From contig CAZXIN010000003.1 in assembly GCA_964640795.1 (NCBI GenBank), positions 60,262 through 124,261 on the forward strand: DNA of 64,000 nucleotides, given 5' to 3'. The position numbers and the translations under genes are program-made. A model generated the notes under the pieces. That model had not been told where the DNA came from, did not search any database, and saw only the letters and a list, made by a program, of their open reading frames with translations. The number at the start of each line of letters is the position of its first letter. The stretch's first letter is position 1. The stretch is from an uncultured Pseudoalteromonadaceae bacterium (GTDB taxonomy: Bacteria; Pseudomonadota; Gammaproteobacteria; Enterobacterales; Alteromonadaceae). Below are positions 48,053 to 59,034 of this stretch, piece after piece.

Positions 48053-49771
48053 TTGAATATTGTCAGACGCCCTAACTGTGAAGACAGTCATCTACCATCG
48101 AACCTTCACCCTAAAATAAAGCAAATCTATGCGAGTCGTGGTGTGCAAGAAACGAAAGAGCTGGATCGCTCAACTGCATCGCTTGCACATTTTAATCAGC
48201 TAAAAGGTGTTGATGCAGCCGTTGCTATTTTAGCTGACGCAATTCGTGATAAAAGTAAGATCATGATTGTCGGAGATTTCGATGCTGATGGAGCGACAAG
48301 TACGGCTTTGTGCATGCTGGCACTTAAACAGTTAGGTAGTGTTAAACATGATTTTTTAGTGCCGAATCGATTTGACTTCGGATATGGCTTAAGCCCTGAA
48401 ATTGTGGAAGTAGCACATCAGCAAGGTGCTGAGCTTATTGTCACCGTAGACAATGGTATTTCTTGCATTGCAGGTGTTGCGTTAGCGAAAAAGCTCGGTA
48501 TGAAGGTTGTGATTACAGATCATCACTTGCCAGCAGAAACACTACCTTTAGCGGATGCCATTGTTAACCCTAATCAACCGGGTTGTGAGTTTATCTCAAA
48601 AAACCTTGCTGGCGTTGGTGTAGCGTTTTACTTGATGCTAGCAATAAAAACACACTTGCAAAAAGTGGGTTGGTTTGAGCTTAGGAGTATCAAAGCACCC
48701 AATTTAGCGACTTTACTCGATATTGTTGCCGTGGGTACAGTCGCCGATGTTGTCACATTAGATATGAATAATCGAGTGCTGGTACATCAAGGCATTCAAC
48801 GTATCCGCAGCGGGAAGTGTCGTCCAGGAATAAATGCGTTAATTGAAGTTGCAGGTAAAAGTAATAAATCTCTCGTTGCTTCAGATTTAGGCTTTGTCTT
48901 GGGGCCTCGGTTAAATGCTGCTGGACGCTTAGATGACATGACCATTGGTATACAATGCCTAGTGACTGAGGATGAAGCGTCAGCAAGGTCGTTAGCGGTG
49001 CAGTTAGATAGTTTAAACAGAGAGCGGCGCGAAATAGAGGCGTCTATGCAGCAAGAAGCAATCAAGACGCTAGATGCATTGGAGGTCAATACAGAGGACA
49101 TGCCCGATGGTTTGGTTCTCTTTGAAGCTGATTGGCATCAAGGTGTTATTGGTATTCTTGCGGGGCGTATTAAAGAAAAGTATTTTCGACCGACTATTGC
49201 ATTCGCTCATCAGGACGATTTTATCGTCAAGGGATCCGCTCGTTCGATACCTGGTTTGCATATACGTGACTTGTTGGAAGATATTAACACTCGTTATCCT
49301 GATATCATTGATAAGTTTGGTGGTCATGCCATGGCTGCTGGGCTGTCACTTAAAATAGAGAATTTGAGTGCGTTTAAGCGAGTTTATGAGCAAGTGTGTA
49401 AAGAGTGGTTAGCAGGAAAGCCTCTGCAAGGTCAGGTGCAGACAGATGGCAGTCTACAGAAAGAAGATTTCACACTAGAGTTCGCAAAACTATTGAAGGA
49501 TGCAGGGCCATGGGGGCAGGGTTTTGCTGAGCCCGTTTTTGATGATGTTTTTGCTATTAAAGATCAACGCTTAGTCGGGCAAAAGCACTTGAAGATGATG
49601 GTAGAAAATGGTGCAGGGCAATTGATTGATGCAATAGCTTTTAATGTTGATCTTCAGGAATGGCCCAATCAAAGTGCGAAGAGAGTTCATTTAGCTTACA
49701 AATTAGATATCAATGAATTTCGAGGCAGAGTGTCTCTGCAATTGTTGGTTGAAAGTTTGAAGGTCGTTTGA
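48053..49771 (+). CDS. recJ: Single-stranded DNA exonuclease RecJ
   Basis: GDFDADGATS, TVDNG, ITDHH (DHH), PRLNAAGRL, GGHAMAAG. Confidence 0.97.
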   Translation: MNIVRRPNCEDSHLPSNLHPKIKQIYASRGVQETKELDRSTASLAHFNQLKGVDAAVAILADAIRDKSKIMIVGDFDADGATSTALCMLALKQLGSVKHDFLVPNRFDFGYGLSPEIVEVAHQQGAELIVTVDNGISCIAGVALAKKLGMKVVITDHHLPAETLPLADAIVNPNQPGCEFISKNLAGVGVAFYLMLAIKTHLQKVGWFELRSIKAPNLATLLDIVAVGTVADVVTLDMNNRVLVHQGIQRIRSGKCRPGINALIEVAGKSNKSLVASDLGFVLGPRLNAAGRLDDMTIGIQCLVTEDEASARSLAVQLDSLNRERREIEASMQQEAIKTLDALEVNTEDMPDGLVLFEADWHQGVIGILAGRIKEKYFRPTIAFAHQDDFIVKGSARSIPGLHIRDLLEDINTRYPDIIDKFGGHAMAAGLSLKIENLSAFKRVYEQVCKEWLAGKPLQGQVQTDGSLQKEDFTLEFAKLLKDAGPWGQGFAEPVFDDVFAIKDQRLVGQKHLKMMVENGAGQLIDAIAFNVDLQEWPNQSAKRVHLAYKLDINEFRGRVSLQLLVESLKVV

Positions 49772-49789
49772 GGTGGTATTGAACGGCTT

Positions 49790-52171
49790 TTAAATTTTGT
49801 CTGGATTGTTTTGCAAAAATTCTAATAATGCTTGTTCTTTTAGAGGCTTTGATAGCAAATATCCCTGAAACCTTTTGCAGCCTAACTCTTCCAAACACAC
49901 TTGTTGCTCAATGATTTCTATGCCTTCCGCTATGCACGACATGGATAAGCTATTTGCGACACCTATAATTCCTTTAACTATGTCTCTTTGATTGCGGTTA
50001 GCATGAATGTCTTTTATAAAGGAGCGATCAATCTTTAGGGTGTCAAAAGGTAAACTCAATAAATAAGTGAGTGACGAGTAACCGGTACCGAAATCATCAA
50101 TAGCTAGCCGGACCCCATGAGATTTTAAACTTTGGAATAAATGCTTGGTTTTTTCCAAATCCTGTAAATGCATATTCTCTGTTATCTCAAGTTCAAGCTT
50201 ATCACCGGGGATCCCATTTTGTGCTAGTGCATCGAGTATGACCAATTGAAAATGCTCGGCATCTAAGCAATCTTTTGCTGAAATATTTATTGATGCATAA
50301 ATGGAGGGGTATTGAGTATGTAGCTGCTTAATAAAGGTAAGGCTGTGTTCCAAAACCCACAAGGTAATTTCTTGAATGAACCCTCTTTCTTCCGCAATTT
50401 CACAGAAAATATCAGGACTTATATGACCTAGTTCTGGGTGTTTCCATCTTAGTAAGACCTCAACCCCCGTTATTTTATTACCGGTGAGTAAAGGCTGGTA
50501 AACTAGAAAAAGCTCATTGTTGGAGATAGCTTTCCTGAGATCATTATCTATTTTTTGTCTTAATCCAACTTCTTTTAATAGCGCCTTTGAATACCATTTT
50601 GTTTTATTCTCACCCGTTTTTTTGGCGTAGTACATCGCTATATCTGCAAACTTCAGTAGCTCGCTGGGCGATGAACTATGCTCTGGATAGCTTGCGAGTC
50701 CGACGCTGCAACCTATATAAATCTCGTGTTGGCCTATGTGTATAGGAGCTTTTATGGTGTTGATGATATTCTCAGCAATGTTGGCAGCGTGCTCATTGTC
50801 TGAACAGTTATCGAGCAGTATGACAAACTCATCGCCTCCATGGCGGCTGATAATGTCTTTTTCTCCAAGCTGACGTTTCATGCGATAAGAAACTGTACAT
50901 AGGATGCGATCACCGATTTCGTGCCCGAGTGTATCGTTAACAGCTTTGAAACGATCGAGATCAACAAATAATATAGTGAAAGGCGTTGGAGAAGGATCGC
51001 GAATACTGTCATTAAGAATACGATAGAGCTGACTCTTGTTTGGTAAGCCAGTTAGCTCATCGAAAGAGGCTCGGTAGGTAAGCTCTGATTGCAATTCTAC
51101 CCTTGATAGCGTTGCACTCATGATGCCACTAAGCATGCTGAGTATACGGAGGTGTTGTGCGCCATCTTCTATGCTCTCAACGCTTGCAGCGTTGAGTAAC
51201 CCGATGACCTTACCTTTTACTTTTACCGGTACACTCCATGCCGACTTAAGCCCTAAATTGGACAACATTCTATGATCCGTGTATTCGGTATCACCAAGTG
51301 ACGAGGAAAAGAGCCCTTCACCTGTTTCTAATGCATGCGCCATCGCAGTGCCTGTCATTAGCATGTTTTTCTGCGAAACGAAGTTTTCGCTGATAACGAG
51401 TATTCGCTTAATCGCGAACTCATTTTTACCCGCTATTGGAACGGTATAACTTACCCTGTCAGCGGATGTAATCTGCTTAGCTGAGTTAGTGATCATTGAA
51501 AAGACGTCATCTTCGCTTGAAGCAGAAGAGAGCTTTTCTGATACTTTGGCTAGCTCTTCGAGCTGAAAAGTATAGTTTCTGTAATCGTGGATGTTTGATT
51601 GTGCTTGCTCAAGTAAGCGTTGTCTTTCCAAATTGGTAGAGACAATCGATGTCACCAAATTCAAAAGATCGATAGAGTTCTTGTCGTAATTATCCTCTTG
51701 ATAACTACCTATGTTAATTGTACCAACCGTTTTATGGCTAAAATGAATAGGGGCATTGACACAGCTTTTGATACCTTGTTGATACAATAATTTGGCATCT
51801 ATGTGATTGTTTTTTTCTAAAGCGGAATGGCTGTATGTTTTTCTATTGAGTATTGCCGTGCCAATAAATGAATTATTAAAAGGGACAGTTGCACCAACAG
51901 ACAATTCTCCTTCGTTGCCACTGAGTGCGTATATTTCTATATCACTTGTGGTTTCATTTAGAAGGGCAACACTACACCGATCGGCAGGCAATATCTGCGG
52001 CAAGCGTTCAGCTAACATCATATAGATTGCACTTTCTGACTTGGCTTGCGCGATATCCATTGTAAAGCGATTGAGCTTTTCTGAAATATTAGGCGTAGCT
52101 GAGGACAATCTGTTTAATGTGGACTTCAAAGTACAGCCAAAAAATAAATGTAGTCGTAAAAAGTATACCAA
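49790..52171 (-). CDS. GAF-GAF-GGDEF-EAL c-di-GMP signalling protein
   Basis: Two GAF-like regions; DELTGLPN, SRHGGDEF; EVLLRW, ELEITE, IDDFGTGYSSL, LKIDRSF, EGIE. Confidence 0.92.
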   Translation of the reverse strand: MVYFLRLHLFFGCTLKSTLNRLSSATPNISEKLNRFTMDIAQAKSESAIYMMLAERLPQILPADRCSVALLNETTSDIEIYALSGNEGELSVGATVPFNNSFIGTAILNRKTYSHSALEKNNHIDAKLLYQQGIKSCVNAPIHFSHKTVGTINIGSYQEDNYDKNSIDLLNLVTSIVSTNLERQRLLEQAQSNIHDYRNYTFQLEELAKVSEKLSSASSEDDVFSMITNSAKQITSADRVSYTVPIAGKNEFAIKRILVISENFVSQKNMLMTGTAMAHALETGEGLFSSSLGDTEYTDHRMLSNLGLKSAWSVPVKVKGKVIGLLNAASVESIEDGAQHLRILSMLSGIMSATLSRVELQSELTYRASFDELTGLPNKSQLYRILNDSIRDPSPTPFTILFVDLDRFKAVNDTLGHEIGDRILCTVSYRMKRQLGEKDIISRHGGDEFVILLDNCSDNEHAANIAENIINTIKAPIHIGQHEIYIGCSVGLASYPEHSSSPSELLKFADIAMYYAKKTGENKTKWYSKALLKEVGLRQKIDNDLRKAISNNELFLVYQPLLTGNKITGVEVLLRWKHPELGHISPDIFCEIAEERGFIQEITLWVLEHSLTFIKQLHTQYPSIYASINISAKDCLDAEHFQLVILDALAQNGIPGDKLELEITENMHLQDLEKTKHLFQSLKSHGVRLAIDDFGTGYSSLTYLLSLPFDTLKIDRSFIKDIHANRNQRDIVKGIIGVANSLSMSCIAEGIEIIEQQVCLEELGCKRFQGYLLSKPLKEQALLEFLQNNPDKI

Positions 52172-52452
52172 AAAACTAAGTGTAGTCTATTTTAAGTACA
52201 GTAGTAGTTGGTGTATAAAGTGATACAAAACTTTACAGGTTTATAAATATACCCACTGAATTTTTATTCTCCAATTTAGGACTTGTTTATTTTTGTTCGT
52301 TTCTTATACGAAAAGAACAATAAGCCCTTAAAGTAGTATGATATGTCGGCCGTCATATTACCTTGACTTAAATCTAAGCGTTGGAGTTAACAAGAGTGTT
52401 CGATGTATGTTTATTCCTTTAGAGTGACTTTTTATTCCGAAAAATTTGGTAG

Positions 52453-53121
52453 CTACTCTATGCTTTTAGCGAGCTCTTCCAACTCTTGCTTGTAGAGTTG
52501 ACCGCCGCGTTCCTCTTTTAAAATATTGGTTAAGTCATTAATGGATCTTCCAATAGCTTTACTGAGTTGTGTATATTTTTCTTCAGGTGATGTGCGTAGC
52601 ATAATATTTATTCGATAGAGGTCGTCTAAGCAACAGTTTTGTATATCCTTATTGTATTGTTCACCGAGAAATTCAACCATGTTATCAGTGCCAGCTTTCT
52701 TACTCACTGAATAAGGTTGGGACTTTATATCGTTTATCCGTTGGCGCAAATTGATGGTCTTTTGAGTCATCTCCTGCATCAACGATATCGCTTTATATGC
52801 TAGCGCTGAATCATGGCGGTGTAATTTACTGAAAAGTGCATCCACCTCTGGCTGCTCAACATCGAATATCTGTGCCTTTTTGAAGACATTTTTAGCCTCG
52901 TCTGCTACTTCTTTCGCATAAACAAGCTCAGCTAAATTTTCGAGAGGTGCATCTGCTATTTTGTTATCGAGAATATCGTTGGCTTTGTCAACGACGGATT
53001 GCGTTTGCCGTTGCGCATTTTCAAAATGTATCATTAACTCCGTTTTCTCTGATTCTTTCGAGCAAGCAAAAATAACAAGTGAAGAAGCGAGTAAAATCCA
53101 AACTTTCATTAACGTCCCCAT
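52453..53121 (-). CDS. Helical lipoprotein, hypothetical (likely start ATG 53109)
   Basis: MKVWILLASSLVIFAC lipobox. Confidence 0.75.
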   Translation of the reverse strand: MGTLMKVWILLASSLVIFACSKESEKTELMIHFENAQRQTQSVVDKANDILDNKIADAPLENLAELVYAKEVADEAKNVFKKAQIFDVEQPEVDALFSKLHRHDSALAYKAISLMQEMTQKTINLRQRINDIKSQPYSVSKKAGTDNMVEFLGEQYNKDIQNCCLDDLYRINIMLRTSPEEKYTQLSKAIGRSINDLTNILKEERGGQLYKQELEELAKSIE

Positions 53122-53296
53122 AAACTAGATGGTACAACCAAGATAATAGATGCATCGCTCCTTGTGAATGGCAAATACCAAATTGTGATGATCTTTTGAA
53201 ACAATACCAATATATACGGATTTATTTTCGTGAAGTCCATTCAGAGTAATTCACATATCAGGTAGACTATGGCCTGTATTATCTAATCGTCTTGCT

Positions 53297-53572
53297 ATGA
53301 AAAAAACTGTCGACAAATTACTCGCGAAACATCCTGATTTGACTCATTCAGAAGATCAGAAGGTGTCATCACATGTCCAAAGAGTGGATGGAGATTGGGT
53401 TCAACATACGGTGATGTTAGAAGGGTATGAGGTTCCTTTCAAATTTAAGCGCAAGAAGCAATACAAAAGCCTTAAAGGTGCAAGAGTCAATTTGACTTAC
53501 TATCCTGATACGGAACTTGTCGTCGGTATGGAGTTTGAGGTTATGAAAGTCGTTCGAATCAAGGTTGCCTGA
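53297..53572 (+). CDS. Small basic hypothetical protein, possibly OB-fold
   Basis: 91 aa, beta-rich and Lys-rich; ends 7 bp before recO. Confidence 0.75.
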   Translation: MKKTVDKLLAKHPDLTHSEDQKVSSHVQRVDGDWVQHTVMLEGYEVPFKFKRKKQYKSLKGARVNLTYYPDTELVVGMEFEVMKVVRIKVA

Positions 53573-53579
53573 GTAGCGA

Positions 53580-54293
53580 ATGATGGATGACATGATTGAT
53601 GGTTTTGTATTGCATAGCCGCCCATACCGTGAGACAAGCGCATTGGTGGATTTGTTTTGCGAGCAGATCGGCAAAGTGAGTGTTGTTGCTAAAGGAGTCA
53701 GAGGCAAGAAAAATGCGAAGAAGAGTATCTTGCAACTATTCCAGCCATTACAATTCTCTCTTTCTGGTAAAGGAGAGCTTAAAAACCTTGGGCATACTGA
53801 AGCTTGTGGTAAAGCTTATAGGTTGTCTGGCAATTCTCTTTTTTCTGCGATGTATCTCAATGAACTGCTGAATAGATTACTATTAAAAGAGTTCCCGTAC
53901 CCCGAAATATACAATCTTTATTGCCAAACATTAACTCATTTAATGACACAGGATATCGAACCTTTATTAAGAGAGTTTGAGTTTGGTTTGTTAAATTCAT
54001 TAGGATATGGCATCGATTTTTCTGCCGAATGGCAGAATGACCGTGCGATTGACGCCAGCAATTACTATGCTTTTGTTTCTGAGCATGGATGGCAATTGCT
54101 AGACAACAATCATCAGCATCGTCATTGTTTTCACGGCGCTGATTTACTGGCTATTTCAGAATTGCAGTGGCAGCCTGCCTCTTTGTTAGCCGCCAAAAAA
54201 ATCACTCGAATGGCTTTGCACCCATTATTAGGTGATAAACCGTTAAAAAGTAGAGAGTTATTCTCACGTATATCAATAGCAATAAATAAGTGA
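53580..54293 (+). CDS. recO: DNA repair protein RecO
   Basis: FVLHSRPYRETSALVDLF, LQLFQPL, YLNELL, LREFE..LL..LGYG, PLKSRELF. Confidence 0.95.
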   Translation: MMDDMIDGFVLHSRPYRETSALVDLFCEQIGKVSVVAKGVRGKKNAKKSILQLFQPLQFSLSGKGELKNLGHTEACGKAYRLSGNSLFSAMYLNELLNRLLLKEFPYPEIYNLYCQTLTHLMTQDIEPLLREFEFGLLNSLGYGIDFSAEWQNDRAIDASNYYAFVSEHGWQLLDNNHQHRHCFHGADLLAISELQWQPASLLAAKKITRMALHPLLGDKPLKSRELFSRISIAINK

Positions 54294-54350
54294 TTACTCA
54301 GCGAGCGTTGAAGATTTATTTATTGGTATTGCCAGAATGGAGCAGATTTA

Positions 54351-55082
54351 ATGAAAGATATTTTACTAGGCGTCAATATTGACCACATAGCAACCATTCG
54401 AAATGCGAGAGGTACTCAGTACCCTGATCCCGTGCACGCTGCTGATGTCGCAGAAAGAGCAGGAGCCGATGGTATTACTGTGCACTTGCGAGAAGATCGT
54501 CGGCATATCATTGACAGAGATGTTGAGATTTTGAGTCGAACGCTTAATACGCGCATGAATCTCGAAATGGCGGTGACAGAAGAAATGTTATCCATTGCTG
54601 AAAAAACTAAGCCTACGTTTTGTTGTTTGGTGCCTGAAAAACGTGAAGAGTTAACGACCGAAGGTGGTCTAGATGTTGCCGGTAATATTGATAACATCCA
54701 AAAGGCCTGTCAGCGCTTGAATGATGCTGGCATAGTAGTGTCGCTTTTCATTGATGCCGATAAAGAGCAAATAGATGCAGCGAAAGCATGTAACGCAACT
54801 TTTATCGAAATACACACAGGTAAATATGCCGATACAATCGATTATAGTGAGCAGCAAGCTGAACTAGCTAAGTTAGTTCAAGGTATTGAATATGCTGATA
54901 GTTTGGGGCTAAAAGTGAATGCAGGACATGGTTTACATTATCACAACGTTAAACCAATCGCAGCAATCCCTCAGTTATATGAGTTGAACATTGGTCATGC
55001 CATCATTGCCAGAGCGGCTTTTGATGGCTTGCACAAAGCCGTGGCAGATATGAAACGTATTATGTTGGAAGCTAGGTTGTAA
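54351..55082 (+). CDS. pdxJ: Pyridoxine 5'-phosphate synthase
   Basis: [43 protein letters not shown]. Confidence 0.97.
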   Translation: MKDILLGVNIDHIATIRNARGTQYPDPVHAADVAERAGADGITVHLREDRRHIIDRDVEILSRTLNTRMNLEMAVTEEMLSIAEKTKPTFCCLVPEKREELTTEGGLDVAGNIDNIQKACQRLNDAGIVVSLFIDADKEQIDAAKACNATFIEIHTGKYADTIDYSEQQAELAKLVQGIEYADSLGLKVNAGHGLHYHNVKPIAAIPQLYELNIGHAIIARAAFDGLHKAVADMKRIMLEARL

Positions 55083-55104
55083 GTCGTTTAAATAGAGGTA
55101 AGCA

Positions 55105-55482
55105 ATGGCGATTGTTGGTTTGGGGACGGATATTGTTGAAATTGCACGAATGGAAAAGCAACTGGAAAAATCCACTCGACTTGCTGAGCGTATTTTAACG
55201 CCTGTTGAATTATCGCTGTTTCAGCAAAGTAAATTTCCTGCGCGGTATTTAGCGAAACGTTTTGCTGCCAAAGAAGCGATGGTAAAAGCTGTAGGGACGG
55301 GGATCGGTAATGGTGTCGGATGGCAGCAAATGACGGTACTGAATCATGATAATGGCCAGCCTTATCTAGAATATTCAGGGTTCTTAGCTGAGACTTGCGA
55401 GAAAATGCATATCAAGCATTGCTTTTTAACCATAGCCGATGAGATACATTATGCTATCGCTACCGTTATTCTTGAAGCCTAG
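55105..55482 (+). CDS. acpS: Holo-ACP synthase
   Basis: GLGTDIVEIAR, LAKRFAAKEA. Confidence 0.96.
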   Translation: MAIVGLGTDIVEIARMEKQLEKSTRLAERILTPVELSLFQQSKFPARYLAKRFAAKEAMVKAVGTGIGNGVGWQQMTVLNHDNGQPYLEYSGFLAETCEKMHIKHCFLTIADEIHYAIATVILEA

Positions 55483-55488
55483 CTGATT

Positions 55489-56817
55489 ATGGTTAGTATT
55501 TTTAAAGCACCTAAAAAACAAAAGCAGCGTAAAAAACTGATTTTGACAATTGATCGACTTGATCATGAAGGAAGAGGTGTTTGTCGACACCATAATCCAA
55601 TTGTTTTTGTTCCTCAGACTTTACCGGGCGAGCGTTGTGAGGTAGAAGTTAAAACTAGCGGGAGAAATTTTTCACAAGGTAGCTTGATTAAAATTCTTGA
55701 TAAGAATGAGCACAGAATTGAACCGAATTGCCGATACTTTGAGCTGTGTGGTGGGTGTCAAACGCAATACTCTGACGCTGAGTATATGCTATCTCAAAAA
55801 CAGAGTGCTTTAAGCTCTTTGTTTCAAAAGCAGCTAGGGGTAAACATAGTTCCTTGGCAGCCACCTTTGATTGGTGACAATTGGCACTACAGGCGAAAAG
55901 CGCGCTTGGCTGTTGACGCACAAAATATAAAAGCTATCAAACTGGGTTTTAGATCAGAAAACAATAATGCGGTATTAGATATCAACGACTGTCCTGTTCT
56001 AGATAAATCGCTAAATATGTTGCTACCAGAGCTAAAGCAGCTGTTGCCAAAAATAGTTGGACTGAAGCACCTTGGTCATATTGGCATGCTTAGAGGAAAT
56101 AATGGTGTGCAGTTGGCGTTCAGGTTCACTAAAGACATCAATAAGTTAGACCGAGAATTACTGAGAGGCTTTGCAGACAGGCTAGATTTAGAATTGGTAT
56201 TGGAAATACATAAAAACCAATTTGAAACATTGTCAAAAGCTAACGAGAACATGTACATAGCGTCAGGGAGTAAAACTAAACTTTATTGTGAACCAAACGA
56301 TTTTATACAGGTCAATGATAAGGTTAACCAGCAGATGGTGGCACAAGCGAGTGATTGGCTGTCGCTTGGAGAAGAAGATATATTGGCCGATTTGTTTTGC
56401 GGTATTGGCAATTTTAGCCTAGCTTTGGCAGATGGTTGTTGCAGGGCCATAGGTCTTGAAGGTATCGCAACAATGGTCGATAGAGCAAGCAGGAATGCAC
56501 AGCTGAATGCAGTCGAAAATGTAGCGTTTGATTGTATTGATCTTAATCAAGCTAATTCGCTAAAGTACGAAGGTATCAATCAATGCAACGTGATGGTGCT
56601 TGATCCGTCTCGTGCTGGTGCAAAAGAAGTTGTTGAGCAAGTGAATCCATTACAATGGAAAAAAATATTATATGTCTCTTGCCACGCAGGTACGTTTGCT
56701 CGGGACGCAAAAATTATGCAATCAAAAGGCTTTGAAATGGTTAAAGTAAGTGTATTAGATATGTTTCCGCAAACGTCTCACATTGAGCTAATGGCACTTT
56801 TCTTGCCAGCACGTTAG
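55489..56817 (+). CDS. rlmD: 23S rRNA (uracil-1939-C5) methyltransferase
   Basis: TRAM N-terminus, CRYFELCGGCQ Fe-S motif, DLFCGIGNF, LDPSRAG, YVSC, DMFPQTSHIE. Confidence 0.95.
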   Translation: MVSIFKAPKKQKQRKKLILTIDRLDHEGRGVCRHHNPIVFVPQTLPGERCEVEVKTSGRNFSQGSLIKILDKNEHRIEPNCRYFELCGGCQTQYSDAEYMLSQKQSALSSLFQKQLGVNIVPWQPPLIGDNWHYRRKARLAVDAQNIKAIKLGFRSENNNAVLDINDCPVLDKSLNMLLPELKQLLPKIVGLKHLGHIGMLRGNNGVQLAFRFTKDINKLDRELLRGFADRLDLELVLEIHKNQFETLSKANENMYIASGSKTKLYCEPNDFIQVNDKVNQQMVAQASDWLSLGEEDILADLFCGIGNFSLALADGCCRAIGLEGIATMVDRASRNAQLNAVENVAFDCIDLNQANSLKYEGINQCNVMVLDPSRAGAKEVVEQVNPLQWKKILYVSCHAGTFARDAKIMQSKGFEMVKVSVLDMFPQTSHIELMALFLPAR

Positions 56818-56839
56818 ATTTTACGAACATAGATAGCTC

Positions 56840-58999
56840 ATGGTTTCAACGCGTAAGGTTCACCAAGATATACGTCCCGGATTCAGTGATTGGCTAGCAA
56901 CGCTAGCGCTCTCTGCTGAAACTAAAGGCAAACTCGCTACTATTTTTGATAGCCCTGATATTTTATTAATCGGGCAAGAGATGGTTGAGATATTACACCA
57001 GTTGCACATGGACGATACGACTTTATTGGCGGCACTTGTCTATCCCTATTGCCAGCAACATGGACTCAACGATAATCAAATAGCAGAAAGCTTTTCTCCA
57101 GAGGTACAGAAACTGGTTTCAGGCGTCCGCAGTATGGATGCTATTCGCACGTTACATTTTAGTGGTCGATATAACAATCCTTCCTCAGAAGTTCAAACGG
57201 ACAATATTCGACGCATGCTGTTATCAATGGTAGAGGATGTTAGGGCTGTTGTAATTAAGCTTGCTGAGCGTATATGTGAACTACACTCCGTTAAAGATGC
57301 AGATGAAGAAACACGTGTTCTTGTTGCAAAAGAGTGCGCTGAAATATACGCACCTTTAGCCAATCGGTTAGGTATTGGCCAGCTTAAATGGGAACTGGAA
57401 GATATTTCTTTTCGTTACCTTCACCCTGAAACGTATAAAAAAGTCGCCAAATTGCTTGATGAAAAAAGAACGGTTAGAGAAAATTATATCCGTGATTTTG
57501 TTGACGACCTTCAAGCGCTTTTGTCAAAGCATAATATACGTGCGAAAGTCTTTGGTCGCCCCAAACATATTTACAGTATTTGGAAGAAAATGCAGAGGAA
57601 GCAACTGCAGTTTTCTGAATTATTTGATATTCGGGCCGTGCGGGTTATTGCTGAGCGGATGCAAGATTGTTATAGCGCGTTGGGTACTGTTCATTCGACA
57701 TGGAAACACATTCCCAAGGAGTTTGATGACTATATTGCAACCCCAAAAAACAATGGCTATCAGTCCATTCATACCGTTATTAATGGGCCTCAAGGTTTAA
57801 CTGTAGAAATTCAGATTCGTACACAAGAAATGGATCAAGACGCCGAATTAGGTGTTGCCGCACACTGGAAATATAAGGAGGGTAATACCTCCGGCCAAGA
57901 CAGTTATGATGAGAAAATCAACTGGCTGCGTAAGATTTTGTTGTGGCAAGAAGATGTCTCCGATAGTGGTGACATTATTGAAGAACTTCGAAGCCAGGTT
58001 TTTGAAGATCGTGTTTATGTTTTTACCCCAAAAGGCGATGTCATTGATTTGCCTTTCGGCTCAACGCCTTTGGACTTCGCCTACTATATACATAGTAATG
58101 TTGGCCACCGATGTAATGGCGCAAAAGTGTCGGGGCGTATTGTGCCTTTCACTTACCAATTACAAACGGGTGATCAAGTTGAAGTGCTGACAAGTAAAGA
58201 GCCCAACCCAAGCCGTGATTGGATGAATCCATCTTTAGGGTATGTGCACTCATCACGTGCACGAGCAAAAATACAAACATGGTTCAAGAAGCTTGATCGA
58301 GAGAAGAATCTTTTAGCCGGAAGAGACATTCTCGATACAGAATTACCTAAAGCGCATTTGAATCCGAAAGATGCGAACAAAGCTTGGGAGAAGTTTAATT
58401 TTAGAACAGTCGACGAGCTATACGTTGCTATTGGCGCAGGGGATGTTAGCTTCAGGCAAGTGGTTAACTATCTATTGCAGTTAGCTGCACCAGAACTTGA
58501 TGTCGATCCGCGACTTAAGCAACCCAAAAGTGCCAGCCCTACTAAGCAGGATAGTATTGAAATTGAAGGGGTAGGGAATCTACTCACTCAACTTGCAAGG
58601 TGTTGTCGTCCTCTACCAGGAGACGAAGTGCAAGGTTACATTACTATCGGTCGAGGGGTGAGTGTGCACAGGCAAGATTGCGATAAACTAGAGCAATTGC
58701 TGAGGCAAACTCCAGAACGTGCGATTGATGTCAATTGGTCCAATGATGTTGGTGGCAGCTTTACCACACAAGTCGATATTCGGTGCGTTGATCGCGATGG
58801 CATGTTACGTGATATTACTACTGTTTTAGCCAATGAAAGAGTGACGTTACTGGGGGTTAATAGCTCCAGTGATACGAAATACAATGAAGCGAGAGTAGTG
58901 GTAACGTTGGAAGTGAAAAATATTGCTATTCTGTCTAAAACAATGAATCGACTGTCGAACCTTAAAGGCGTTGAGCAGGTCACCCGCATTCTGCAATAA
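56840..58999 (+). CDS. relA: GTP pyrophosphokinase RelA
   Basis: Degenerate hydrolase region, GRPKHIYSIWKKM, EFDD (RelA-type EXDD), GYQSIH, TGS, ACT domains. Confidence 0.96.
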   Translation: MVSTRKVHQDIRPGFSDWLATLALSAETKGKLATIFDSPDILLIGQEMVEILHQLHMDDTTLLAALVYPYCQQHGLNDNQIAESFSPEVQKLVSGVRSMDAIRTLHFSGRYNNPSSEVQTDNIRRMLLSMVEDVRAVVIKLAERICELHSVKDADEETRVLVAKECAEIYAPLANRLGIGQLKWELEDISFRYLHPETYKKVAKLLDEKRTVRENYIRDFVDDLQALLSKHNIRAKVFGRPKHIYSIWKKMQRKQLQFSELFDIRAVRVIAERMQDCYSALGTVHSTWKHIPKEFDDYIATPKNNGYQSIHTVINGPQGLTVEIQIRTQEMDQDAELGVAAHWKYKEGNTSGQDSYDEKINWLRKILLWQEDVSDSGDIIEELRSQVFEDRVYVFTPKGDVIDLPFGSTPLDFAYYIHSNVGHRCNGAKVSGRIVPFTYQLQTGDQVEVLTSKEPNPSRDWMNPSLGYVHSSRARAKIQTWFKKLDREKNLLAGRDILDTELPKAHLNPKDANKAWEKFNFRTVDELYVAIGAGDVSFRQVVNYLLQLAAPELDVDPRLKQPKSASPTKQDSIEIEGVGNLLTQLARCCRPLPGDEVQGYITIGRGVSVHRQDCDKLEQLLRQTPERAIDVNWSNDVGGSFTTQVDIRCVDRDGMLRDITTVLANERVTLLGVNSSSDTKYNEARVVVTLEVKNIAILSKTMNRLSNLKGVEQVTRILQ

Positions 59000-59034
59000 T
59001 AGAAGGTAGTTAACCTTCTACAATAAGTTACCTC

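Noticed and set aside
59000-59020. 8-bp hairpin between relA and mazG
   Set aside because: AT-rich, no U-tract, too weak to call; no mazEF remnant in the 35-bp gap.
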